NCBI GenBank assembly: GCA_973895155.1
Contig: OZ316897.1
Span: forward strand, 18,324,457 to 18,388,456
Length of the DNA stretch: 64,000 bases
Direction: 5' to 3'
From: Marsupella aquatica
Taxonomy: Eukaryota > Plantae > Marchantiophyta
Shown here: piece by piece, positions 23,108 through 35,416 of the stretch
Layout of the letters: every line of letters begins with the position of its first letter
How positions within the stretch are numbered: position 1 is the first letter of the stretch
Translations under genes and position numbers: made by a program
Notes under the pieces: model-generated
What the model was told of the DNA's origin: nothing
Database searches by the model: none
Seen by the model: the letters and a program-made list of their open reading frames with translations, nothing else

Positions 23108-26100
23108 ATGGTGTTGGGAACGGAGACAGGTCGTCGAAGAATATGTAGCTTGGAAACAGGACCAGGATTTGATATTCGCCAATGCACAGGGGGGCTTTGT
23201 AAGGGACAATGGCGTCTAGGTCTATCGATCATCTGTGTGCTAGGTTTTGCCAGTGTTCAGCAAGGTTCTGCACAGGGTGAGTACTGACACCTCTCCCTAG
23301 CTTCCAATCCTTTTTTTAAATGTTCAGTTGTGTGCAGGCCAATCGTACGTCAATCTCTTGTGGTACGCTCTGTCGCGGATAGTCAGAGTGATCGATGTCC
23401 ACTGGTTGTCATGTTCTGGAAAACCCACGGACCTGAGGTGCTGTGCAAGCTTTACTTAGAGGGGTCCTTGTAATGTGTTTCTCTTCGTGTCCCCGCATTT
23501 TGTGTCTGTAGTTACAGAACTGGTCTAGGTTACATAACGTGTCCAGAAGAGATACGCATTGAACTCCACCGCTTGATTTGTGTCCATCAATTAAACAATC
23601 ATCGAGGACTAGCTACACTTCCTTTCAATCGGGTAAATTTCTTCGGTGCTGCCATTTCTGTAAAGAGCAAAAGCTCAAAAGCACCATCAGTCGTGTGCAG
23701 AAAAATAATGCACCATTCTACTACTGAAGCAGGAATTGACCTGGATCAAAACTCCTGGTCTTGCTATCCCAACCCTAAATCGGGCTTAACATAGGGCAGT
23801 CCCAAGTTCTTGCTTCTGCCTCCGCGTCGTGCTATATAGCTGTGGCAGTTTCTACGCGTCACTTGAGCCAATCCGAGTAGGAATTGAATTCACGTTGTAG
23901 TCGATCGTATTTTATTATACTGTAGTACGTATCCCGTTTCTAATGAGGCTATGAAGTTGTTTCGCTATGCATGACATCCTGCTCTTGTCGTTAATTTGGT
24001 TAGACGTACCTCCACGATTGCATTGATGTATATTCCAATTGACGCTGAGAAGATTTGTGGACCTGTGGTCGCAGTCATCCCACAGCAGCTTCAAGGAGAC
24101 CGGGATACGCTACTCAACTGGAAGCAGCACTGGTTATCGGACCTAGCACAAAATCCCAACGTGACTATCTTTCTCGCGGGATGGAGCGCGAACGATAGCA
24201 GCCCATGTGCATGGCAGGGTATAGTGTGCGGAGCTTCAGATGCACAAGAAACACGAGTGACTGGGATAAATTTGGTAAGCATTGGGCTTAGCGGCCCATT
24301 ACCCGGAGATGGCTACGCAAATCTGTCAGCTTGCACTTCGCTAGTCCTCAAGTTTAACAACATAAATGGCACGATCCCGAGTACGATTACTGGTATGGCG
24401 AGCTTGCAGGTGTTGGATATAGGGGAGAATGAGCTCAACGGGGGCATTCCCCCGGAATTTGAGGGCCCGTTCATGAACCAGCTCGTGACCTTGAGGCTCC
24501 CGTACAACAACCTCTCCTTGCCGATTCCTCCCACTCTCTTCTCGGCGTGCAGCTCCCTTCAGTTCCTCAATTTGTCGAACAATGTCATCCCCGGGATCTT
24601 GCCTATGTTGGGCAATTGCAAGTCCCTCATCCTATTGGACTTGTGGAAGAACCAATTCAACGGGAGCATTCCCCCTGAACTGGGGCTGCTGCCGACATTG
24701 CAATATATTACCCTCTCCGAGAATGCGATTGGAGGGCCCTTCCCTCCCGATTTTTTCGCAAATTGTGGAAGCTTCCAGTTTTTGCAGCTCGCGAGCATGC
24801 ATCTGACGGGACCGATCCCAAGTGAGCTGGGCAATTGTCTCAATTTGCAGGTGGTTAACATGCAGAACAACTATCTTTCAGGTCCCATTCCCCCATCCCT
24901 CGGGAAGCTCTCCCAGCTCTGGTGCCTTGCTATCGCGAACAACAGCATTACGGGAGCGTTGCCGGATGAGCTGAGTGCGTTGGCAAGTCTCCAGTACTTG
25001 AACTTAGGCAGAAACCAAATTAGTGAAACGATCCCTCTTTCGTATAGCAAGCTCCAGGGTATGGTGGGACTTTTGCTACAGGAAAATCTCCTCGTCGGAA
25101 CTTTCCCGGTTCAGTTGATGAGTTTGAGCAATTTGAGATTCTTGGACCTCAGTAACAACCAGTTCAGAGGCATTGTCCCTTCGCAGGTGGGACTTTGCAG
25201 GACTCTGAGCTCGCTGCTGCTAGCTGACAACAACTTCTCGGGTGGAATACCTATTGAAGTAAGTTCTCTCACAAATCTGCAATCGCTGGATCTTTCCTTT
25301 AATCAGATCTCCGGGAGCCTTCCCGCTCAATTGGGCAACCTGAAGTCTCTCCTCTGGCTGCAGCTCTCCAACAACCAGCTGACTGGCACTATCCCCTCCA
25401 CGTTGGGTAGCTGCAGTAGCTTGGTCTGGTTGAACCTTGCTCAAAACGGGCTCACAGGATCCATTCCGGACACCTTCGGTAACATTGGCCAGTCTGCAAT
25501 CCAGACTTTCCTGTTCAACAAGAATAATCTCCCATTCATTCCAGCCGAGATGGGCGAGTGTGACATCCTGGAAAGATGGCTGCCAGGAAATCACGAGCCG
25601 TTTGCTTTCCTCGTCCAAGAACTGAATGCACAATCCCGCGTGTGTCGAGTGCAGTGGGAACTCCTCATCACAGGGCAACTACATCCGGCTGAGCTCGACA
25701 GTCCCCTCGCTTACATGCAGCTCTCCTACAACAAACTGAGCGGCCCCATACCAAAATCCATCGGCCATAACGGCAAGTTCTCGCTTCTCTTCCTGGATCA
25801 CAACAAGTTGAACGGTCCCATACCAGACACGCTCAATCAGATCCCTCTTTTCAATCTCAATTTGTCCAGCAACAGGATCAATGGCAGCATTCCTGCGTCG
25901 CTGGGATTGGCTCAGCATCTTCTCAGCATGGATCTATCGTTCAATAATCTGAGCGGTCCGTTGCCTTCTAGCTTGGGGGGCCTCACATTCATGGACAAGT
26001 TCAACGTCTCGTACAATAATCTGTCTGGTCCGGTACCGCTCGCCAACCAGTTCGCCACATACAGCACCAGCGCTTACACAGGGAACCCGTACTTATGCTC

Positions 26101-27361
26101 CAACGGCAACCCTTACGCCTCAATCATGAGCGACTCCAATATGCTGCAGCAATGCGGTGCCCTCAATTCTCCCATTACCTCCGCACCAGAGAGAGCTTCG
26201 TCGGTGAAACTAAGTGTAAAGAAAATCCTGGGAATAGCCTTGGGATGCGCAGCTGTCGTGCTCCTTACAGTAGGGTGCATTTGCCTGTGCACGAGCCGAC
26301 GATCCATGCACCACCGGACCATAACCCATGCAAATGCCGCCACCAATTCGAGGTTCAAGATGGTGGGACGAGATAGGTCAGCTCGAGACTTGCTGAAGAT
26401 TCCTGTGAGCGCTTTTGGGACCGACGCTCTCCCCAAGGCTCTCGCGTACGTGGATCTCATGGTGGCCACAAACAATTTCGACAATTCCAACATCATCGGC
26501 GATGGAGGATTCGGAGTAGTGTACAAGGCCAAGCTCTCGGACGGATCGGTTGTGGCGATCAAGAAGCACATCCAAGACGGTGCCCAGGGAGAGAGGGAGT
26601 TCGCTGCCGAAATGCTGACTCTGGGAAACATCCGCCATGACAATCTCGTACCGCTGTTGGGTTATTGTGCTTCCGAGCGAGAGAAGCTATTAGTCTACAA
26701 GTGCATGACGAATGGTAGTTTGGACGAGTGGCTGCATAATCGTCCTGGAGGCAAAGAGGTGCTCAACTGGGCCAAGCGCGTGAACATCGCAGCTGGTGCA
26801 GCTCGTGGAGTGGCGTTTCTGCACCACAGTTGTGCCCCAGTGATAATTCACCGTGATATGAAGTCGACGAACATTCTACTTGACGATAATTTCAACGCAT
26901 GTGTAACGGATTTTGGGTTGGCAAGGAGAATGTATGGGCACGATACCCACGTGAGTACGATTGTTGCTGGCACTCTTGGGTACGTGCCTCCTGAATACTC
27001 TCAGACGTGGCGGTCGACCACAAAAGGTGATGTGTACTCATTTGGAGTGGTGCTTCTCGAGCTTATCACTGGAAAGCGACCAACGGGTGCTGATTTTGAC
27101 GACCTCCAGGCGGGCCACCAAGGCGGGAATGTGGTGGAGTGGGTGAGGATTCTACTCGCCAAGAGAAGGCACGAGGAGGCGTATGACCCCGTGATCAAAA
27201 ACCAGGGTGCGTCACAGGAGTTGATCCAGTTCTTGAAGCTCGCTGTGGTGTGCACTGAGGAAACTGCAAACAATCGACCGGCCATGAACGATGTCTCGAG
27301 GGCTCTCGACCAGATCCAGCTGTCAGTAAGCATGAGATCGCCAGCTCAAGGGTTCATGTAG
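23108..27361 (+). CDS. LRR receptor-like kinase, LRR-X group, NILR1/At1g74360-like; exons 23108-23276 and 24075-27361 (about 1151 aa)
   Basis: The upstream exon supplies a signal-peptide-like stretch WRLGLSIICVLGFASVQQGSAQ with a phase-1 GTGAGT donor matching acceptor GTCGCAG. It is followed by LRRNT (SPCAWQGIVC), more than 20 plant LRRs and an island domain (GECDILERWLPGNHEPFAFL...CRVQWELL...AYMQLSYN) of the NILR1 type. Then TM helix ILGIALGCAAVVLLTVGCICL and an RD kinase (GDGGFG, VAIKK, HRDMKSTN, DFG, GYVPPEY). Confidence 0.9.
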
Positions 27362-29409
27362 ATTAGGTTACGGACGACCTACACAAGATGTTGTGCGATG
27401 CATTTTACTGGCCTGTGCCTTTCTTCGATGCAAGTCCGTTCACGGACACGATGAGATCAAAGGGGCTAGCCGTCACAGAATCCATTGTTAAAGTAATTCG
27501 GACAGTGCAAGCTCCTAGGTTGGCCAACTTTCTACACTAGTGAGAGCCCCGACGGAAGCCTTTTCGGTACCTCCAGATCTAGAGGTGGTTATCAGTTCCA
27601 ATTTGGCAGGATGGGAGACTCGATAAGGATGAGGATGCAAGGATACTGCTATAGGCAGGCCGCAGTTAATAAGGTTATCACTGTGAACCGATCACAAAAA
27701 CACTTTCGAGTTCAATCATATTCTGGCTAAGTTTGGGAGAACCAAGACTGGTTCACAAAATTCCTGAGAGTATCATCACGTGGGTCAACGTAAACATGAG
27801 GGTTGAGTCGCTCATCCATTACTGAACCTAGAGAATCCATCATGATAGGAGAGTGTATGGTAGAGGTGCAGACAGATTTTTTTATTTGATTTCCATTACT
27901 GCAGTTATGTAAAAATAGCGGAGGCGAATGTAGGATGAATAGGTTGTAGAATAGCAGATCTTCACGACATTTGTACAGATTGAAATCTGAATTCTTACAT
28001 AGGTAACATAACTGCAGTTCAATTTAGGGAGCTTAGCAGCTATACACACACACGCACACGCACTCGAGCCCTAGACAGTCATGAATCCGGGGCCTATTCA
28101 ACTCGCCCCTGAGTTCCCAATTTCTTCCTCATCATGTTTTTGAGAGCATCAGCTAGCTCAAATTATTAGACGGGTAGAGGGGGATGGCAAAATACATCTC
28201 GAGCTAATCTCTTGAACGGTGTGTGGCTGAATGTTGCGCATACACAATAAACCGAGCTAAGTGTGGCACAACCTGCTGAATTGCGCGCAAGACGAGTTGT
28301 GCACAGCCTCTCGCACGCTCGACATCTCGAGTATATATCATATGACCCTGAACGTAACAACATTTACTCAATGTTGGGATCTTCAACGTACGATCGTTGC
28401 ATGTCCACACTGTCTACCTCGGAGTAAAGGGTGTTAATTTGCTTGTGGATTGTGTGGACCATGTGAGATGCAGGCTGAGTTTGTCCTTCGTACACCATGA
28501 CAAATCTTAAGAGTGGATGGAATATTGACGGTTCTGGTCATCGTGCGCAGCCCTGTCGAGACATTCTCAAGCTAGTACTCACTGACTAATTTCTGACTCC
28601 AGAAATATCACATCTCCCGACACTGGTTCACTTAACGATCGATGAGATTCTTCCGCAGCAATTGACAAAATTGCAGCTAGCTGACTGCAGTGGGCTTTTC
28701 TATTGGCTGATCTAATCGCTTTCTCAGTGCAGTGTCGCCCTCAGTAAATTTGGTCACCAAAGCAATAAGCGAAGAAGAGAGAAGTTCACACAATTCAACA
28801 TTGTCACAACATTTGGACATTCACTTCGACATTCATTCTCGCTCCATTTGATGCTACTCGGTATAGCGATCAAGGAAAGATTATATAGATGATTCTATCC
28901 ACTCGGGCGGAACTGAACAGATGGGTGTGCTCGTTGTTCTTGTTTCCTACAAGCAATCATTTAGCATACGAAAATATGAACCAAAGGAGGAGGAGCTCGT
29001 CAAACCCCAGAGAGGCTGAGACAAACAAACGTGCAGCACGCGCGGGCAGACCGTTACAAATCCACAGTGCACTGGCCATGCCACTCATTGAACCGAACCT
29101 GCACAGAACACATTGATGAATATGTCGACCACATCCAGCTCCTTCCGCATCAGCAATGTCTCCAGGCTGCAGGAAAGGGAACTGATTGAAAACTGATTGG
29201 CAGCTGGCTACATCGCCTATGCAATGCAGTTGCCAGTGGATTCCTTATAAATAAATAAATAAAATGCGGCTCCCTCCCTGTCGTTCTGACTGGAAAAGGA
29301 GTAAAGTGACTCGCCGACGTGTGTGCTTTTAGACGACAGTCGCGGGATTCAGATGGCGCAGCTCAGAGATCCTCTTTACCTGGGATTGTGGTCGAGAAAT
29401 TGGGACTGA

Positions 29410-30180
29410 CTAACCGACCAGCCCATGACTGGACCAGAGAACCGCACCTGGAGCTCCCAGTCGGGACTGAACGTCCGGGCTAAGCTGGTACGTGGATGAA
29501 GAATCCGAAACCAGGAATCCTGTCAGTATGTGCCAGCCCACGAGGCCAGTATCAGATTTCATCACATGCAACGTCAAGTAGCAATCAACCATGGCTTCTT
29601 CCAAGTCACCCCCGATTTCCAAGCTGTAGGGTATCTTACGTGGATTCCTGGACTAGTACAGAACTGCGACTGACCCGGTCCCTGATGCGGTGATGCCCAG
29701 CGAGTGGGAAACGTCACTCATGATTACTCGATAGTAAGACTTCATCACGAAAACATATTTGCTATTGAACTGGTACTGATCGAAAGAGTCTTGTTCTACA
29801 GCCTTGTAGATGTCTACTGTAGATTCCTCGCAGAACTCTTCTGGGTCATGTTCGAACGTCCGTAAATGCAATTGAACACCGGATCTGTAACCACGAATTC
29901 TCAACTCCATCGTATAGGAGTTTTCGCGAATTGATGAGGAAAGTTCTTGGAAGTCGTCGGTCAGTAAGCTTTAGAGGTTTTGCAGCTCACAGTCGACTCC
30001 TCACTAACGAACGACAGCTTTCGAGTCTAGTTGCCTGGAAAGTACTGGGAGAACCACATGCGACAAGCGAGAAGGCAGGTAGACAATCCAAACGAAAATT
30101 GGTGGCCGCCATCCTTGCCCTGAAACGACGGGAAACACACTGTGTACAATTGGCGCAAACATCATCAGAAATGTAGTCTC
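29410..30180 (-). pseudogene. Decayed host-gene fragment, possibly F-box/kelch-associated type
   Basis: Coding-like fragments in shifting frames (LLYDGVENSWLQI, STVDIYKAVEQ, GSVAVLY). No intact frame; the family call is weak. Confidence 0.25.
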
Positions 30181-30199
30181 CTACAAGGAGCATTTCAAA

Positions 30200-31937
30200 C
30201 GAGAGATGGTGGCCGCTATGCTTGCCAGGTTGAGCTTTGAAAGCTTCCAATGTTGGGCAGTGTGGTGCAAGATGACCCTCTCCCTTGCACAACTGACACA
30301 ACCGGGCAAAATTTCCATTTCCTTGACGTGTGGGCTCCGGGCACACATTAGCATAGTGGCCAGCCACTCTACAATTGTAACAAATAGAAATCTCTCTCAC
30401 TCCAGGATACGGTGCTCGATTTTCGATTTCCCGGAGTAGCATTGGGATAGTTGGAATATGATGGTGCTCTAGCGTTAGTTGAAACCCCATGAATGCTCCT
30501 AGGTCCCGGGTTGAGAGGTTGTACACTATACACATTGGCCTCTGGTGGCTCCTCCATGAAGTACTCTACTGGCCCTTCCGTTGCATAGGGAGGGGTTGAG
30601 TAGCTTGCCCCCTCACCGTCCTCCTCCCGTACTTGGAAAACCTTGGCCGGTTCTCCCGTTGGGCACTCTCTTGGGGCATGGCCAAACTTCATGCACTTGA
30701 TACACCACACATTGGCTCTCTCCACCGAAACTTTTCTCCTCTCTGGCTTGAGTCCTGCAAAATGAACTTTCAACGCTTTCATTTGCTCTGTTAACTCTTC
30801 ATACCTGGCCTCTTGCTCCTTTAGATGTCTTGCCGTTGACAATGGAGTAACGGCCACCGTGGGTAGTACCACTTCACGATGAGAGGACTTCTTGATCTTT
30901 TTGGACAACTTCTTCTTCTTCTTCCTCCGTTTTTCAGCCTCTGACTCCGTAGTGTCTGACTCCGTAGTGCTCTCAGAATCCTCAGATTCATCACTACTAT
31001 CCGACTCAAATCCAATCGATTCATCACTAGAGGAACTATCAACCGGCTTCAGCTTCTTATGTCGACAATGTTTGCTTGTGGCATCGGCTGCAGTGTATGA
31101 CTCCGCTGCTGCAATAGATTCAGCCAATGTGGTTGGCTTGGCTTGACGTACAAAGAATCCCATCTTGCTTGGTAGGGCAGCTACAAACCACGCTTGACGC
31201 ATAGCATCATCGGTACGGGCTTGTATCCGTCGTACCAACTTCTGGAACCTTTGCAAAAACCTCCGTAATGACTCCTTCTTCTTCATTCTGAGTTGGCCCA
31301 CCTTCAAAAGTGAGGTGGCCTCCACTCCAATGGATCTGAACTCCTTCAAGAAGGCTTGCTTGAATAAAGCCCAATCGGCTTTGACGTTGGCCAACAAGGA
31401 AATGAACCATGGGCCTGCCTCTCCCCTCATCATTCCAGGAATGATAGTGAGCTTGTGTGCAGACTCCCCATTAGCTTCGGCTATTCCCTCAAACTCCTCA
31501 ATCCATTTGTCTGGATCATCCTTCGGCCTACCCTTGAAGGGTACGAACTGAACACGGGTACGTTGAGCAGCGGCCATGTGGGCTATTTGGGGTAGTGCGG
31601 ACCTCCGTGCCACTGGTAGCAGTGCAATGGGTTCCGGACTTGGACTCCGTGAAAGCTCCCGTTGCACCACCCCAAAGAGCTCCCTTTGCTCTAGCGCTTG
31701 GTCTGTGTCCGGTTCATCGTCTACACGTATGGCTTCGTTATGCTGAGTCGCTTCTTGGTGTACTCCATGATGTCCTCCCAACTCTAGTGGCAACCTCCAC
31801 TCCTCAACAAGTTGTAATCGTTCTTCGGCCGCCACTCTTCGTCTAGTACCAATCCAAGATGGCCCTTGGCCTAGCTCTGGTATTGGCGTACGAATGCGTT
31901 GGGGAGTTGCTCTACCTCCCCTTCTCCCTCTCGGCAT
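30200..31937 (-). CDS. gag: Retrotransposon Gag with three CCHC zinc knuckles (one frameshift near 30420, truncated)
   Basis: Capsid-like FKGRPKDDPDKWIEEFE...RGEAGPWF...DWALFKQAFLKEF. Knuckles CIKCMKFGHAPREC, CYNCRVAGHYANVC and CQLCKGEGHLAPHC. Confidence 0.85.
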
Positions 31938-32154
31938 CCCATTGAGTCCTGCATGCCAAGCTCACCAAAAACAATGTCACCAACAAATCTTCTCACACAT
32001 CAACCGTCGCAAGTTGCGTTGTGGTTGATGCACAATAACAAAGTAACCAAAGAACTTCTCACGTATCAACCGTCGCAAGTTGCGTTGTGGTTGATACACC
32101 TGAAATCCACATAGACGTAGCTCCCCTCCTTCTGAATCAAACAAGAAGAAGGTA

Positions 32155-32172
32155 TCCCCGGCAGCGGCGCCA
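32155..32172 (-). promoter_or_regulatory. Primer-binding site complementary to tRNA-Asp (Athila-type)
   Basis: Minus strand reads TGGCGCCGCTGCCGGGGA, about 220 bp upstream of the gag ATG. Confidence 0.85.
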
Positions 32173-32176
32173 AGAA

Positions 32177-33587
32177 TAGGGACCACACCTATGTCACCTG
32201 CTTATCAAACGATGAACACAACAAACACCACTTGGTTCCACTAAAAATCGTTTGTATCGTATGACGGGGACGTGGAGGGACGCTATATGGATCAATTTCA
32301 TACTAAGGATGAGTAGATTCGTTTCCGCTCCCGGAAATGTATTTTTTGATCAAGTCTACTGACTATACGTACTCTGCTTTTGATCAAGTCCCGTGGACTA
32401 CCTTGTTTCTACTCCTCCTGGCCTTTGGCAAAGTGTTGTCACCACTCTCCCACTCACAGGGTCGACCAAGCCATGTAAGTTTCTCTAAATACTCATACTA
32501 GGGGAAGAACACAATCGTGCAACCAAGAGAGGGAACAACACACAAGAAGTCATGAAAATCCAACCGAATCCATATCTATTAGTGGCCAAGGTAACACATT
32601 GCATGGGCAACCCGGTCTCCTACCGTCTACCCAACTCCTGCCTCACGGGACAATGAGCCCTCTCCACCTCAATACTCCAAATCAATTCCCTACTCTTGTT
32701 GAAGGCTAATCCTCACAAAAACAACACTAGATTGAGTTCCCCCTTGCTCCTACCGGGGCTGCTGGTTAAATACCGAAAACAACAATGCGTGAACACACAA
32801 GCCCTAGGGTGTGGCGGCGGCCACTGCCCTGGCTGGCCGCCATCTGCTGGCGGCGCCGCTAACCTAAAAGTTTTCTACACATGCGGCACACACATGCACC
32901 CCTAATCCTATTGCTACCTAAGTGAGGCCAACGGTGCCTTCGTCGGCCATCACACCAACTAAACAAAACTAGACTAATGTCCTATGTAGGCCATGGCCTA
33001 CCTCCCTACTACGTGGTGGCCAACGCCTCCCACTACCCTGGCCATGGAAATAGCCGAAATTAGAAATTGATCGAAATCTGGTCCTGAGAAATTTCATGAG
33101 TAGCCACGGCCATCCTGATCGTAACCCCGAAAATGGCTCCCAAAACGGACATCAGACGCCCGAGATATGGCCTACCGAATCCCAAACTCTACCCTGGCCA
33201 CTGCCGCGTCCAAATAGTCCGTACGGTCCCGGCCCCCAATCACAACCTCAAATTGAGGTACCCTGGCCATGGCCACATGCCCTGACTTGGCCGGGTCACT
33301 CTCCTGAAGGCCGTACGGCGTCGGGCCCCAATTCTTCACCAAAACACTCCGGTCCATATCTCTCTCATTTTAACTCCGATTGAGGCGTGTTTTACATCGT
33401 TAGATTCAGCTCGACGAGCTCCTTCCAATAAGCCCAAGATTTGGCCAGTTGGACATGTGCCCAAAACCAACCTCCGTATGGTCAACATCCGTACCACTAC
33501 TAATCCTCCTCGGACTCACTTACGGTGCCAGGGCTCCATCCCCGAGAGTCATCACTGGCCTCACTACCCCCCTGGGTAGATGCAACA
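32177..33587 (-). repeat. Putative LTR (about 1.4 kb)
   Basis: Begins TGTTGCA on the minus strand right after a PPT and ends next to the PBS. The expected 3' CA is degenerate and there is no second copy in the window. Confidence 0.6.
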
Positions 33588-33608
33588 CCTCCTCCCCTAC
33601 TCCTCCCC
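33588..33608 (-). promoter_or_regulatory. Polypurine tract
   Basis: Minus strand GGGGGAGGAGTAGGGGAGGAGG immediately precedes TGTTGCA. Confidence 0.65.
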
Positions 33609-33811
33609 GAGGTGGCCCTTCCCAACGTTTGGCCCGAGGTTCCTTGCTTCCGTAATGCCGCCAAAGCCTGCCAAGCCCTGATGTACCCGTGACCGATGGT
33701 GTCCTTCCACAATGTTGTCTCCTCATCACCCCGCAATTCCAGTGGCAAGACCTGGCCCATGGCCATGGGAGTTCCCGGGGTCACCGACCTAGGTGGCATA
33801 CCAGTGGTTCC

Positions 33812-35416
33812 CTAGCCAGATGTTGCGTTCCTTAGTGCTTTGCGGGTTGACTTCAACTTATTCTCCAAGCTCTTGCACTTCTCCTTGTCCTTCTTGGCCG
33901 CTTCCAACATTGGCCCGTAAGTCTTGGTTACTTCGATGACCACTGCATCAATGGCCTTGGCCAACATCTCTGGCGAAGCAACGGGAGTAACACCGGGTGG
34001 ACAGGGCTTCTTCCTCTTCCCTAGACTCAGGGCGTCGGCTCTCTTGGCCCTTGTCTCATAAGCACTCACCTGGCCACGCAACTCTGAAATCTGCTTTTTG
34101 AGGGTATCCACACCCTTTTCGGCTTGCTTCATCGTTACCAGCTCCTTCCTCAAAGCAACTACTTCCTCGGCCTCCTTGGCCTTGGTGGACAGGGCTCCTT
34201 GCAAGTGCCAACTTGGTCATAGGCTTGCTTCAACAACCTACTCCTCTCTTGAATAGTCTCTTCCTTGGACAGTATGACCTCCTTCAGCGCCTTGTGCCCG
34301 ACTTGCAAGGTGGCCACCTTAGCATTGGCCCTACTCAGAGCCCACTTCATGGCTTTGCACAATTGCCAGCCCTCGTTAATAGCATCACGGTACTCTTGCA
34401 ATTCCGCCAAGTATACCTCTGGAATGTCATACACAATGGGCTCCTCGGGATTACCAATCAAGGACTCCAACCACTGCATGGTAAACTCTTCATCCATATC
34501 CTCTTCTTCGTCCGGTGCCCCCTCCACCACGACATTAGTGGCCAGTTCCTTGGTGGAATCCGTGGTCAAATTTTGTACGACGGTGGTGGCAATCTTTCGT
34601 AAGACGGTGGGGAAGGAGGGCAATATATACTCCTTCCTCTGGTTCGGGAACTGAGATGAGCCCCTCCATCCTGTTCAAGAGAAATGACCCAAGAAAATGG
34701 ATGATTCCTCCAGGCTTTTGGCCTTTGGGATCTGCGGTCAGCGTTTTCCTCAAACCAAACACCCACCATCCGTACGTGTGCTCCGGATGTTGCTTGATGT
34801 CCAATGCAATGGCCAAGTGTTCCCCTGTAATTATACCTGATTGCACCCGGCTGAGTATTCGTTGATGGACCTTCCCAACAAAACCCCTGAGCGCTGGGTC
34901 CTTGAAGGATGCAAGGGAAATGTGTACCACAAAGGTAGCCTCCTTCACGTACATGGCCAGCTCTTCCAATGTGAGTGTCCCTGGTGGCTCCATGGGGTAG
35001 AAGGTCAGGTCCTGGTTGTGCAACATCAGCAACCGAGTCAATTCATCATGAGGGAGGGTGCGCTTGATGCATGCAAAGTACAATCCATCATCCCGTAATT
35101 CCATCCCATCCTCAATCTTCCAATGCCTATCCACTGGAGCACGCATGTCCACTCGCATTAAATTGATAATCCCGGTGGATTCAAATAATTCACGGCTATC
35201 GTCCAGAAGCTTGGCCAATGTCTTGGGGTATGAACGTCGTTGAGTCCTTCGTGACATGGGTGCTTCACTGGTCCCTGACATTGTGGCCCTGGTTGCCAAT
35301 TTCTCTTCCTCTTCTCTGGCTAGCTGCAAAGCGATGTACTCCCGGTAGGCTGCCTTGTACCTCCTAATGTGAGCGTTGGTGAACTCAGGTCTGTCTTGGG
35401 ATCTCATCCACTCCAC
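33812..35416 (-). pseudogene. Retrotransposon accessory ORF (globular N-terminal part plus coiled coil), split by two frameshifts
   Basis: Overlapping ORFs 34535-35416, 34159-34623 and 33812-34204 on the gag strand, with heptad-rich text (EEVVALRKELVTMKQ...LKKQISELRGQV). It lies just 5' of the PPT, where Athila/Tat elements carry extra ORFs. Confidence 0.55.

Noticed and set aside
24091-27333. Numerous antisense and alternate-frame ORFs over the RLK, ROCO, gag and pol genes
   Set aside because: Shadow ORFs of real coding sequence with no independent motifs.
23996-27361. BRI1 orthologue, and the ORF-track start at 23996
   Set aside because: The island domain matches the NILR1 type. The TTG start lacks a signal peptide and lies in the predicted intron.
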